Origin: Macrostomum lignano
Lineage: Eukaryota
DNA length: 64,000 nucleotides
NCBI GenBank assembly: GCA_002269645.1
Contig: NIVC01002571.1
Location: 74,520-138,519, forward strand
Direction of reading: 5' to 3'
Numbering within the stretch: the stretch's first letter is position 1; every line of letters begins with the position of its first letter. Below the pieces are notes generated by a model. It did no database searches. It was not told where the DNA came from and saw only the letters and a program-made list of their open reading frames with translations. A program made the position numbers and the translations under genes. This document shows, in pieces, positions 1 to 13,200 of this stretch.

Positions 1-3000
1 CGGCCGTCCGGGGTGCACACGAACCCGATGACCAGGCTGGGGATTGGGCCGGGTGGCGGTGCGGATGGTCACAATGATGGCGACGGCGACGGTGATGGTG
101 ATGGTGACGGTGACGGTGAAGGTGGTGACGGTGATGGTGTTGGTGACGGTGATGGTGGAGGTAATGCAGTGATGGTGGAGGTGGTGACGGCGACGGTGAT
201 AGTGACGGTGATGGTGGAGGTGGTGACGGTGACAGTGATGGCGACGGCTACGGTGACAGTGACAGTGATGGTGAGGATGATGATGGTGATGGTGACAGTG
301 ACAGTGATGGTGAGGATGATGATGGTGATGGTGACGGGGACAGTGACGGTGAGGATGATGATGGTGATGGTGACGGGGACAGTGATGGTGAGGATGCTGA
401 TGGTGACGGGGACAGTGACGGTGTGGATGATGATGGTGATGGTGACGGGGACAGTGACGGTGAGGATGATGATGGTGACGGGGACAGTGACGGTGAGGAT
501 GATGATGGTGACGGGGACAGTGAGTGTCGACGATGGTTGCAGTAAGAATAAGAGAGTTTGTGACATTGATTTTCCAGCTTATTCTACGTGCGTATGTTCG
601 ATTTCGCATCGATTTGACAAATTCTGGTACACATCACTCATATTGCTGAGACAGCAAAGACTCTCTCTTTCTCACTTGGACAGGTAGTTCGGCATTGACA
701 CGCAGCCGATAGCGATGCAGGTCCGGTCCTGCAGGTAGATGTACTGCAGTCCGTAGCGGTACAGGTCCGACCACACTCGGTGATTGCCGTAGGAGTGGTC
801 GCGGGCGCCCTGCAGCTTCAGGTCGGCCACCTTCTCGTCGTCGACGTAGACGGGCCCGGTGATTTCGCCGAACTGCTCGTAGTGCGTCTGGTGTACACTG
901 CGAAGGACGAGGGGGATAATCTTGGCTTTGCGAATGGATTCAGCAAATGGGTCGCTTTCACAAGCTCGAAACTTCCCAAGCTCCAAACTTCCCAAGTTCG
1001 AAACTTCCCAAGCTCCAAACTTCCCAAGCTCGAAACTTCCCAAGCTCGAAACTTCCCAAGCTCCAAACTTCCCAAGCTCGAAATTCACAAGCTCCAAACT
1101 TCCCAAGCTCCAAACTTCCCAAGCTCCAAACTTCCCAAGCTCCAAACTTCCCAAGCTCCAAACTTCCCAAGCTCCAAACTTCCCAAGCTCCAAACTTCCC
1201 AAGCTCCAAAGTTCCCAAGCTCCAAATTTCCCAAGCTCCAAATTTCCCAAGCTCGAAATTCACAAGCTCCAAACTTCCCAAGCTCCAAACTTCCCAAGCT
1301 CCAAATTTCCCAAGCTCCAAATTTCCCAAGCTCCAAACTTCCCAAACTTCCCAAAAGCGAGGAAAAGTCTAGCTGGTCACATTTTCATCTTGAAACTAAA
1401 CGATTTCGAGTTTCTGCCCTCACATAAAGTCACTGTCATTTAGCAGATGTCTCTTGGCCTTCAAAGACTCATGGTTTTTTTAAGAGAAGATGAAGGAGTG
1501 TTCATCCTGCGAAGCAGCAATGGCAACTTAAACAGCTCAGGCCGCACCTCTCCAGCCGCTTGAACATCTCCTGGCTCCACTCCTCGCTGGCCACCGCCTC
1601 AGCCAGCGGGTGGCTGTCCTGGTCCGTGTCAAAGTCGAACTGCCGGTGCAAGGCGCGCCAAGTTAGCTGGGCTCGAACCCGGACCCTCCGGCCGCAGCCG
1701 CCGCCAGTCGTGCCCAACTGGCGTCGCCGCTTCTCAGCCTCAGCCTCCGGCAGCAGCGTCATCTCGCCGTCGAACTCCAGCCGCCAGGTCTGCATCGGCT
1801 CCAGGCACTCGATGCGCATGTCCGACTTGGAGAAGCCGCCGCCTTCAGTGGCGGTGAAGTTCGTGTCCGGGTGGGACGGGTGCTCAAGCAGGCCAACGCC
1901 GCGCAGCCGCAGGATGCTGAGGCACTGCAGAAGGTTGCGCTGACGGCGCGAGGCCGCCATGATGAGGTTGTTGCCCAGCTGATCGGCGCCATTAAAGTAC
2001 ACAGCATCCACGGCCTGAGGTGGCAGGACAGCGAGTTTATTAGCTGGTTGATGGAAATTTCTCTGATCTCTGATCAGGTCAGAGGGTCAGAGCTCAGATC
2101 AGACTGAGACAGACAGACACTCAGGACTGAGACAGAAACCTAACACTGAGACAGACACTCAGAACTGAGACAGACAGACATTCAGAACTGAGACAGACAG
2201 ACACTCAGGACTGAGACAGACAGACACTCAGAACTGAGACAGACAGACATTCAGAACTGAGACAGACAGACACTCAGAACTGAGACAGACAGACATTTAG
2301 AACTGAGACAGACAGACACTCAGAACTGAGACAGACAGACACTCAGGACTGAGACAGACAGACATTCAGAACTGAGACAGACAGACACTCAGGACTGAGA
2401 CAGACAGACATTCAGAACTGAGACAGACAGACATTTAGAACTGAGACAGACAGACACTCAGAACTGAGACAGACAGACACTCAGGACTGAGACAGACAGA
2501 CACTCAGAACTGAGACAGACAGACACTCAGAACTGAGACAGACAGACATTCAGAACTGAGACAGACAGACACTCAGGACTGAGACAGACAGACATTCAGA
2601 ACTGAGACAGACAGACATTCAGAACTGAGACAGACAGACATTCAGAACTGAGACAGACAGACATTCAGAACTGAGACAGACAGACATTCAGAACTGAGAC
2701 AGACAGACACTCAGGACTGAGACAGACAGACATTCAGAACTGAGACAGACAGACATTCAGAACTGAGACAGACAGACACTCAGGACTGAGACAGACAGAC
2801 ATTCATAACTGAGACAGACAGACACTCAGGACTGAGACAGACAGACACTCAGGACTGAGACAGACAGACATTCAGAACTGAGACAGACAGACACTCAGGA
2901 CTGAGACAGACAGACATTCAGAACTGAGACAGACAGACATTTAGAACTGAGACAGACAGACACTCAGAACTGAGACAGACAGACACTCAGGACTGAGACA

Positions 3001-3896
3001 GACAGACATTCAGAACTGAGACAGACAGACATTCAGAACTGAGACAGACAGACATTCAGAACTGAGACAGACAGACACTCAGAACTGAGACAGACAGACA
3101 CTCAGGACTGAGACAGACAGACATTCAGAACTGAGACAGACAGACATTCAGAACTGAGACAGACAGACATTTAGAACTGAGACAGACAGACACTCAGAAC
3201 TGAGACAGACAGACACTCAGAACTGAGACAGACAGACATTCAGAACTGAGACAGACAGACACTCAGAACTGAGACAGACAGACATTCAGAACTGAGACAG
3301 ACAGACACTCAGGACTGAGACAGACAGACATTCAGAACTGAGACAGACAGACATTCAGAACTGAGACAGACAGACATTCAGAACTGAGACAGACAGACAT
3401 TCAGAACTGAGACAGACAGACATTCAGAACTGAGACAGACAGACACTCAGAACTGAGACAGACAGACATTCAGAACTGAGACAGACAGACACTCAGGACT
3501 GAGACAGACAGACATTCAGAACTGAGACAGACAGACATTCAGAACTGAGACAGACAGACATTCAGAACTGAGACAGACAGACATTCAGAACTGAGACAGA
3601 CACTCAGCTCTCACATTAGGATGCTTCCGATCGTCGGGCAGCTGCTGAGGCCGCTCCATCTCAGCTGGGGAGTTCCTGGAGGCCACCCCCATGCCGGCCT
3701 GCTCAGCCTTGCCATCTTTATTCCTACGCAGCCGCCGCAGCTGCAGCAGCAGCAGGAAGGCGGCATACTTGAGGTTGTACCAGCGGCCGGGACGGGCGTA
3801 GACACCGAACAGCGGCCGGGCGGCCGGCCGGCGGATGAGCAGCGCGAGCAGGCCCCAGGCCGCCGCCACGGCCAGCAGCAGCGATCCGAAATCCAT
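1..3896 (-). CDS. Uncharacterized membrane-anchored protein with HYEQFG/RDHSYG motifs, probable AttH/CrtC/tocopherol-cyclase-like beta fold; 3' end lies outside the window
   Basis: GT-AG exons join in frame: 3896-3615 (MDFGSLLLAVAAAWGLLALLIRR, N-terminal hydrophobic anchor), 2014-1548 (AVDAVYFNGADQ...WRLEFDGEM...FDFDTD), 897-676 (SVHQTHYEQFGEITG...GARDHSYGNHRVW), 36-<1 (LVIGFVCTPDGR). Splice phases 0, 2, 2 are consistent. The fold assignment is inferred from motifs. Confidence 0.8.
70..522. repeat. Degenerate GGTGAY/GATGGT low-complexity repeat filling intron 3 of the first gene
   Basis: Reiterated GGTGAC, GGTGAT and GATGAT units; overlapping ORFs are Val/Thr/Met homopolymer-like. Confidence 0.9.
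955..1352. repeat. 16-bp minisatellite (AAGCTCCAAACTTCCC)n in intron 2 of the first gene
   Basis: About 24 near-identical tandem units are visible. Confidence 0.95.
2100..3603. repeat. 23-bp minisatellite (AGAACTGAGACAGACAGACATTC)n, about 65 copies, filling intron 1 of the first gene
   Basis: Tandem units with AGAA/AGGA and CATTC/CACTC variants, reaching to about 10 bp from the splice donor. Confidence 0.97.
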
Positions 3897-4384
3897 GCAG
3901 ATTTATAGTGCTATTGGATATTATACAGAGCTTTAAGCTGTGCAGTTTTCCCCTAATCTGCGCTCCTTGTCCAGTTTGAGCTATTCTGAATTGGAGTTTC
4001 GCCGTTTCGGCAATTATATATAATTGTTGACTGTAGATGTGACAGAAGGCTCAGTGCGGCAGGACAGATAAGGATAAGGCTGCTAATATCTGCACGCTGC
4101 GTACGAATACGACAGCTCAACAACTCAGCCAAACTTTTCTGGGGTTCGGCTTTCGAGCAAGCGAAATGTTTTATTAAATTGAAATTTCACTAAACCTATC
4201 GTGATAGCTGAGCAGCCAGCAGGCTAGAATTTTGGCAAACACGCTTACAGCTTAGCGATAAAGCGTCCATTGCTTTTACTTAGCAAATCTTGCAAAATTG
4301 CGCTTTGCAGTCACCAGCTCTTGGTGGACTTTGCCACCTGGTGGTGCGAGCTGTACATCAGCTTCCACTCCTCCACTCTGGTCA

Positions 4385-4605
<221 letters not shown>

Positions 4606-5164
4606 TAAGTCAGACAGTCCCTTGAATGAAGAGCTGAGATAGCGGCAATACCAGTGGATGCATCCGCATGCCTCAGCACCGGCACAATTTTAAACTCAGC
4701 TGAGGCCTCCAAAGCTGAAAGTACGAGCTAAAATGCAATCCACCTCACCTGATGCAGTCGCTGCTAAGTGGTTTCGAAATAAATTCTTGATACATGAAGC
4801 ATAACGAACCCCCTTCCCCCTCCTAGTTGCAAGCTCCTCACTGCCACGGGATTTTGGCCGTTTGGTCTCTTGCCGCTGCAGAGGAGAGAAGGCTAGAGGG
4901 GATGCTGCAAAGCCATTAACTGTGTGACAGCCAACCCTCAACCCATCTCTTCATTGTCGTCCCTCTGTCGATAAAAAATTTAACGCTTTTACTTTTTTGT
5001 TTGGAGCTTTTAAATCGCTAGATATATTTTCCGTCACGCATCCCATCTACCTACGAGCCAGCCTGGGCTGCTGTTGTGCTTGTTACCATAGCGATACAGC
5101 ATTTTAAGCCCATCAAATACTCAGCATTTTCAAACGGAAAGCCAATTTTCAAATCAAGAGAATC

Positions 5165-6172
5165 ATGGCTCTCCATCAGTTGCCACTTGCCTTTGTTGCG
5201 TCCGTTCTGCTCTGCATCTCTACCGCTCGCGCCAACTCCGGTAATCGCTACCCGGTCATCCAGCGCACCTGCCTCAACAAGTCCCTGTCCGACTTGACCC
5301 TCCCCAGCCCGGCCCTCTCCATTCTGCAGTGCGTCTTTCTGAGTCGCCAGGCAACTCTGCCAGGCATAGCGGTGGCCCAATGGAACTCGCGAACTGCCAC
5401 CTGTTTGCTGTTTCTCTTCAGCCGAGTCTGCCACCTGCTCAACCTGAGTAGCCTCGCTGGCGGGCCATCGGACGAGACCAACTCGTGCGAGCTCGTGGTG
5501 GACTCCGAGCTTGACGTGCTCACCGCCAATCGACACTTTGCCGCCGTGTGGCTCGGAGGCAGGGGCGAGCAGCTCGAGAACCTCGTGTGCAGCGATGGCG
5601 GACAGAAGAACGTGATCGAGCACAACGGAGTGACTTGGACTGACGAGGGCGCCAAGATGGACGGCCTGACATCCAGGATGTGGGTAAGCGACACCAGCGG
5701 ATTCAACTTCAGCAACAGCTTCACGTTTCTGATGGAGCTGAAGAGGCAGCCGAGATCGACCGCGTTTATCGAGCTCACCGACTGCAGCTCTTACAATCAA
5801 GTCTGGCTCCACTTATGGGAATGGGACCCGCTCGATTCGACTCGCAAGCTCTACATTCAAACCGGACACCGGAACTTGATCTCCACTAACCAGGTGCTCC
5901 CAATTCGAAGTGACCAGTTCGTCCGAGTCGGCGCCACGTTCGACATTTCGATGATCATGAACAGGACCCGACTGTTCTTTGAAGGGTCTTTCATTCCCGA
6001 CAGCCAAGTGTCTCTCTACAACGTCAACCATCCCAAAATCGACAACTTCTGCATGAAGATCGGTTGGCGCGATCTGACTGGCTCCTACTCCAAAATAAAC
6101 GGCACCGTGAAGATGCTGGCCGTGTCCAACTTCTACCTGACCGCCGACGTCATCAACCGGCTGTTCAACTGA
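5165..6172 (+). CDS. Intronless secreted protein (335 aa): signal peptide, PAN/apple-like Cys module, C-terminal concanavalin-A-like/LamG domain
   Basis: Uninterrupted ATG-to-TGA ORF with GC-rich third positions. Hydrophobic N-terminus (MALHQLPLAFVASVLLCISTARA). LamG-like motifs NGVTW..GAKMDG.TS, FNFSNSFTF, VRVGATFD, TRLFFEG, INGTVKMLAVSNFYLTADVINRLF. Confidence 0.8.
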   Translation: MALHQLPLAFVASVLLCISTARANSGNRYPVIQRTCLNKSLSDLTLPSPALSILQCVFLSRQATLPGIAVAQWNSRTATCLLFLFSRVCHLLNLSSLAGGPSDETNSCELVVDSELDVLTANRHFAAVWLGGRGEQLENLVCSDGGQKNVIEHNGVTWTDEGAKMDGLTSRMWVSDTSGFNFSNSFTFLMELKRQPRSTAFIELTDCSSYNQVWLHLWEWDPLDSTRKLYIQTGHRNLISTNQVLPIRSDQFVRVGATFDISMIMNRTRLFFEGSFIPDSQVSLYNVNHPKIDNFCMKIGWRDLTGSYSKINGTVKMLAVSNFYLTADVINRLFN

Positions 6173-7408
6173 GCGCGTGAGCAGTTTTTCAGACAAGGAT
6201 GTTGCGAAGTGAAATGGAGTTAGCAATTAAATTTTATCGCGTGCTATCAAATGACAATTAATATTAAATTTTTTAAGGCTGGCGACGAGAGTGTGCGTTC
6301 AAAATCCGTAGATACTACGGTAACTTCTAGTGGTCCCTGGTTTTTGTTTCGATTTAGTAGTTGATCCGGGACATATATGTTTAGAACCGGGGTAGATCTC
6401 GAATTTTGAGAGAGCTATTTGTCCAAAATTCAATGAAATGATAAAATGACCCCAGCTGAAGCAAAACAGATGATCCTCAAAGAGACAGATATTTTGACCC
6501 GTCCCTGTGACCCCTGGCTGGCGTGACCCCCAGACCAAAATGGTTGTAGCAGTCAATTGTTGTAGACCCATCCCGAGTGCCTAAGGTCCCAGGCTTTGAG
6601 TAGATATGACAGGTTAGAGAATGTGAGCCGGCATTGTGTCTCTGGTCTTGTGATACGACGTATATAGCTCCCGAGAAAGGCATGTTTCATCTCTCACGGA
6701 ACAAGAATAACGATAAAAGCAATAGAAAGTAAGTTATCTCTGTTGCCTCATGTGTCTTACTTTTCCTCCTCTCTATAAAGAACCGTCTCACTCGATAGCC
6801 TGCACCGTTGATAAATAAACAAGATTGCGTTGCGTCACTTATAAATGTTTTTAAACTTTCTAAGTCCATATGTATGTCTATATTTTCTGTCTAATTCTCA
6901 ACCAAAATTTGTTTATTTGACTCTCTTTTTAAAGAGCTCTTTAACAGTTTGAATACGGTAATCGCTGTGTTAGTTTAGTTGAACAGCTACTGTATTAGAT
7001 ACATTTAATTGATTTTTTTCTTAGTGGATTTTTATTGTACTCTTATGTCTACTATCAGTAGAGCAGAAAGCAAAAGTTGACTTTAGTTTATGCTGGGTAT
7101 TTTGTTGTATTTTAATGTATCGATTTGTCGGCTTTTATATTCGATATATTGTGGCGGTCTAGCCAAGCACATTTAAATATAAATACACTGGAGAGGTCTA
7201 TACATGTAGCTCACTACTTCTTTACTGCAACTGAAACTACACCTGTTATACAAAGATAATTTATATTTTTTATTCTTAATATAGAAAGAATTCATCTACA
7301 AATACAATGAAAAACGTATATATTCGTCATATATTAGCAAGATCATTGCACCGAATCCAGGCGCTTTCTGGATGAAATCAGGCTAAAATAGGCTAGGCAG
7401 GCTAAAAT

Positions 7409-7465
7409 TAATTTAGTCAGGCTAATTTAGTCAGGCTAATTTAGTCAGGCTAATTTAGTCAGGCT
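7409..7465. repeat. 14-bp tandem repeat (TAATTTAGTCAGGC) x4
   Basis: Four direct copies. Confidence 0.85.
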
Positions 7466-8469
7466 AAAATTACTGACTAGTGTTAACTAATTACTTTAGT
7501 AACTGCAGTAGCCAGCAGTGTAGCCACAATGAAAAAATGCAAGAAAGCTAAAGCAGAGTTTGTCAGTAAACAGCACACGAATAAATATGTCATTGTGCTG
7601 AGTCGCCAATACATTCCCAGACAGACTGACTGCACGTGCTCGGAGCAACAGTACCGTTGGCAGGTAGTGCAGTGTGCGCGAGTTTGCGATCAGCTGATCG
7701 GCTACTCATGAGGCATCTTCCCTTCCCTTCAAGGTTATTACTTGAAAAAGTCCTTGATAGAGCACGTATTGCAAAATCACGCCTACATGAGCTGTACTTC
7801 ACTGCATGAGTAGCACTTTGTCAGCTGGTCCATCAAGTCAGGGCCTCCTTTGGTCTCATTGTAATGCGGATTTGCTTGCGGCTTTCTTGCTGCGTTGTTA
7901 GACATTGTGGGGCTTATGTGCTAAGTACATGTAGATCGAGTAGTGGTAGACACGGCGACACCCTCACCAGCAAAAAAGGGACGCGCAACTGGGCGTTTCG
8001 TCGACTGCCTGCTGGCCAACAGAGGGCCCAGTTGCAACGTCTGTTTATCACCTTGGGAATTTGCAGCTTACACAGCCATAGACAGCCTCTGTGTACTTTT
8101 ACAAAACCGACAGTTACGCTTCTCTGATTGCCGATCATTATTACAACTAGTTAATTAATCTAGCTCGTAAAACAAACGTCAAAACTTGAAAGCAAGACAT
8201 ACAAAATGCAACGCACCAAGTACATGCTTCAGCAGCACCAACAGCAGCAACATTATGACCTGCTTTTTGGCGGAGACAGGTTTAATTCGACCAATGACAT
8301 GAGCTGAATATTTGCATCCACCGGACTAGAAGCCTCAAATCAAATTCTCGCGCACGTGCCACTGTTTCAATCTTAGTTTGTGTCTCCACCCGTTCTATTG
8401 TCTGCCTCTTTTTGCCGCTTTGACTTAAAACTAGTATATAGGATTTGCAGGAAATGCATTTGCCCAGGG

Positions 8470-9116
<647 letters not shown>

Positions 9117-10299
9117 AGAGAACTGGAAAATGCTGAGAGCAAGCCCTCTGAAACTCAAACACAAGAGACCAGCTGCTGAGGCCAAATTTGAGTGATCTGC
9201 ATTCACAAGATAAAATAAATACAACAGTTAGTTGTTTATTATTCAATCAAACCAAAAAAAACACACAGACAGGAAAAAAAATACAAAACACGGCAGCTTC
9301 AACTAAAAGTCGCTAGCGACACTCCGGGTCAGGGAGCTGCCGTTATTTCAGTAAGCGGAAAGTGAGTACAATCAGTAGGCCAGAATTGCAACAGATGGTA
9401 GTGTAAGTAGGCAATGACAGATGTGTGCAAGCAATGCAGTCAATGTAGGGCGCCTCCAAAAGACTAGCAAGCATTCACTGGCAGCTCAAAGCCACAGAAG
9501 CATAAATCAAACAACAAGACATTAATCATTAAAAAACGACACGGCACAGCCAGTGTAAAGCTAATAAAAAATCTACACGCACTCAAATTGCACTACTATC
9601 AGTAGCAATGACAACATTGTTAGCAGTAGTGTAGAATTAACTTTAAAAAAACTCTGGCAAAGTGCAGCACATTGAAAAATTGCTAGGTAAAAACACAGTT
9701 TATGAGTTGATGGACCCGGGCAAAGCATATTATTACTATTATTAGTAAGAAAAAATAAATGGAACAGACTGGCCATCAGGAATGTGTGAACGAGTTTTAG
9801 TAGGAATATAGTAAGAAAAAAGCAGGCAAATTAGATAGCGAGACAAGTTTCAGACGGACTATAATCGGCTCAATAAAAATAATAAAATTGTGCCATAAAA
9901 TGATTAAACAAAACACACGTTTATAACTTGTTGCGTCACAGCCCAATGCGTCTTGTGCGCTGTTATAGAAAAAAGGAGTTGCTGGCTTGATAAATTTATA
10001 TTGAAAAACATTGCACAACAAATACTAATGGTTGTAAAATGGATCATTTTGATAGAAAAGTACAATCAGTACTTAGTAGAGCACTACTAAAAGTAGGTCA
10101 GTTAGCACTTTTCATTCCTGAAGGAAAGTAATAATAAAGACTAGCGCTTGAATTTAAGGAATTATAATTAGTTTCGTTAATAATTTTCCCCCAACACAGA
10201 CCCAGTGTGCCGAACAGGAAGTGAAAAACCTGTCCCTATAGAGCACGAATACATCTGTGTGTACAGCCGGCGATGGAGAAGATGCGGACAGCTACAAAG

Positions 10300-13200
10300 C
10301 TACGCAGCGGACACGTACTCATAGTAGGCGGTGGGCACGTAGCCCTGCTCACCAGCGGCCTCGCCGTGCAGGCGGCGAACCAGCGACCAGTCCGGGTCGC
10401 GCTGCAGGACTTCCACTTGTTCGCCAGCCGATACGGCCAGGTTGTCCGACTGGCTGGTGTCCGCGAAGTCGTACAGCATCTCCGCTGTGGCCGCTGCTGG
10501 GGCTGCCGCTGCTGCGCCTTCGACAGGCGGCTGCGGAGTCTGCGGCGTCGGCTGGTGCTGAGGGGACTCGTCGGCGAACTCGTCTGCGAATGCCGTGGCC
10601 GGGCTGGAGGCGACGAATAGGGTGGGGTGTGAAAGAAGGGTTAGACGGGGAATTATCATAGGGAGAGAAGAGGAATTCTCATAGGGAGAGAAGAGGAATT
10701 CTCATAGAGAGAGAGAAGAGGAATTATCATAGGGAGAGAAGAGGAATTCTCATAGGGAGAGAAGAGGAATTCTCATAGGGAGAGAAGAAGAATTCTCATA
10801 GGGAGAGAAGAGGAATTCTCATAGGGAGAGAAGAGGAATTCTCATAGGGACAGAAGAGGAATTCTCATAGGGAGAGAAGAGGAATTCTCAGAGAGAGAAG
10901 AGGAATTCTCATAGGGAGAGAAGAGGAATTCTCATAGAGAGAGAAGAGGAATTCTCATAGGGGAAGAAGAGGAATTCTCATAGGGAGAGAAGAGGAATTC
11001 TCATAGGGAGAGAAGAGGAATTCTCATAGGGAGAGAAGAGGAATCCTCATAGGGAGAGAAGAGGAATCCTCATAGGGAGAGAAGAGGAATCCTCATAGGA
11101 AGAGAAGAGGAATTCTCATAGGTATAGAAGGGGAATCCTCGTAGGTATAGAAGGGGAATTCTCATAGGGAGAGAAGAAGAATTCTCATAGGGAGAGAAGA
11201 GGAATTCTCATAGAGAGAGAAGAGGAATTCTCATAGGAAGAGAAGAGGAATTCTCATAGAGAGAGAAGAGGAATTCTCATAGGGGAAGAAGAGGAATTCT
11301 CATAGAGAGAGAAGAGGAATTCTCATAGGGAGAGAAGAGGAATTCTCATCGGGAGAGAAGGGGAATCCTCATAGGGAGAGAAGAGGAATTCTCATAGGGA
11401 TAGAAGAGGAATTCTCATAGGGAGAGAAGAGGAATCCTCATAGGGATAGAAGGGGAATTCTCATAGGGATAGAAGAGGAATTCTCATAGGGAGAGACGAG
11501 GAATTCTCATAGGGAGAGAAGAGGAATTCTCATAGGGATAGAAGGGGAATTCCCATAGGTATAGAAGGGGAATCCTCGTACGTATAGAAGGGGAATTCTC
11601 ATAGGGAGAGAAGAGGAATTCTCATAGAGAGAGAAGAGGAATTCTCATAGGGAGAGAAGAGGAATTCTCATAGGGAGAGAAGAGGAATTCTCATAGGGAG
11701 AGAAGAGGAATTCTCATAGGGAGAGAAGAGGAATTCTCATAGGGAGAGAAGAGGAATTCTCATAGGGAGAGAAGAGGAATTCTCATAGGGAGAGAAGAGG
11801 AATTCTCATAGGGAGAGAAGAGGAATTCTCATAGGGAGAGAAGAGGAATTCTCATAGAGAGAGAAGAGGAATTCTCATCGGGAGAGAAGGGGAATCCTCA
11901 TAGGGAGAGAAGAGGAATTCTCATAGGGAGAGAAGAGGAATCCTCATAGGGATAGAAGGGGAATTCTCATAGGGATAGAAGAGGAATTCTCATAGGGAGA
12001 GACGAGGAATTCTCATAGGGAGAGAAGAGGAATTCTCATAGGGATAGAAGGGGAATTCCCATAGGTATAGAAGGGGAATCCTCGTACGTATAGAAGGGGA
12101 ATTCTCATAGGGAGAGAAGAGGAATTCTCATAGAGAGAGAAGAGGAATTCTCATAGGGAGAGAAGAGGAATTCTCATAGGGAGAGAAGAGGAATTCTCAT
12201 AGGGAGAGAAGAGGAATTCTCATAGGGAGAGAAGAGGAATTCTCATAGGGAGAGAAGAGGAATTCTCATAGAGAGAGAAGAGGAATTCTCATAGGGAGAG
12301 AAGAGGAATTCTCATAGGGGAAGAAGAGGAATTCTCATAGGGAGAGAAGAGGAATTCTCATAGGGAGAGAAGAGGAATCCTCATAGGGAGAGAAGAGGAA
12401 TTCTCATAGGCATTGAAGGGCAATCCTCATTGGGATAGAATGCGAATCCTCATAGGGAGAGAAGAGGAATCCTCATAGGGAGAGAAGAGGAATTCTCATA
12501 GGGAGAGAAGAGGAATCCTCATAGGGATAGAAGGGGAATTCTCATAGGGATAGAAGAGGAATCCTCATAGGGATAGAAGGGGAATTCTCATAGGGATAGA
12601 AGGGGAATTCTCATAGGGAGAGAAGAGGAATTCTCATAGGTATAGAAGGGGAATCCTCGTAGGTATAGAAGGGGAATTCTCATAGGGAGAGAAGAGGAAT
12701 TCTCATAGGGAGAGAAGAGGAATTCTCATAGGGAGAGAAGAAGAATTCTCCTAGGGAGAGAAGAGGAATTATCATAGGGAGAGAAGAGGAATTATCATAG
12801 GGAGAGAAGAGGAATTCTCATAGGTATAGAATGCGAATCCTCATAGGGAGAGAAGAGGAATCCTCATAGGGAGAGAAGAGGAATTCTCAGGGAGAGAAGA
12901 GGAATCCTCATAGGGAGAGAAGAGGAATTCTCATAGGGAGAGAAGAGGAATTCTCATAGGGATAGAAGGGGAATTCTCATAGGGAGAGAAGAGGAATTCT
13001 CATAGGTATAGAAGGGGAATCCTCGTAGGTATAGAAGGGGAATTCTCATAGGGAGAGAAGAGGAATTCTCATAGGGAGAGAAGAGGAATTCTCATAGAGA
13101 GAGAAGAGGAATTCTCATAGGGAGTGAAGAGGAATTCTCATAGGGAGAGAAGAGGAATTCTCATAGAGAGAGAGAAGAGGAATTATCATAGGGAGAGAAG

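Noticed and set aside
7529-8158. Short ORFs between the LamG and CIP4-like genes
   Set aside because: No motif or splice chain supports them.
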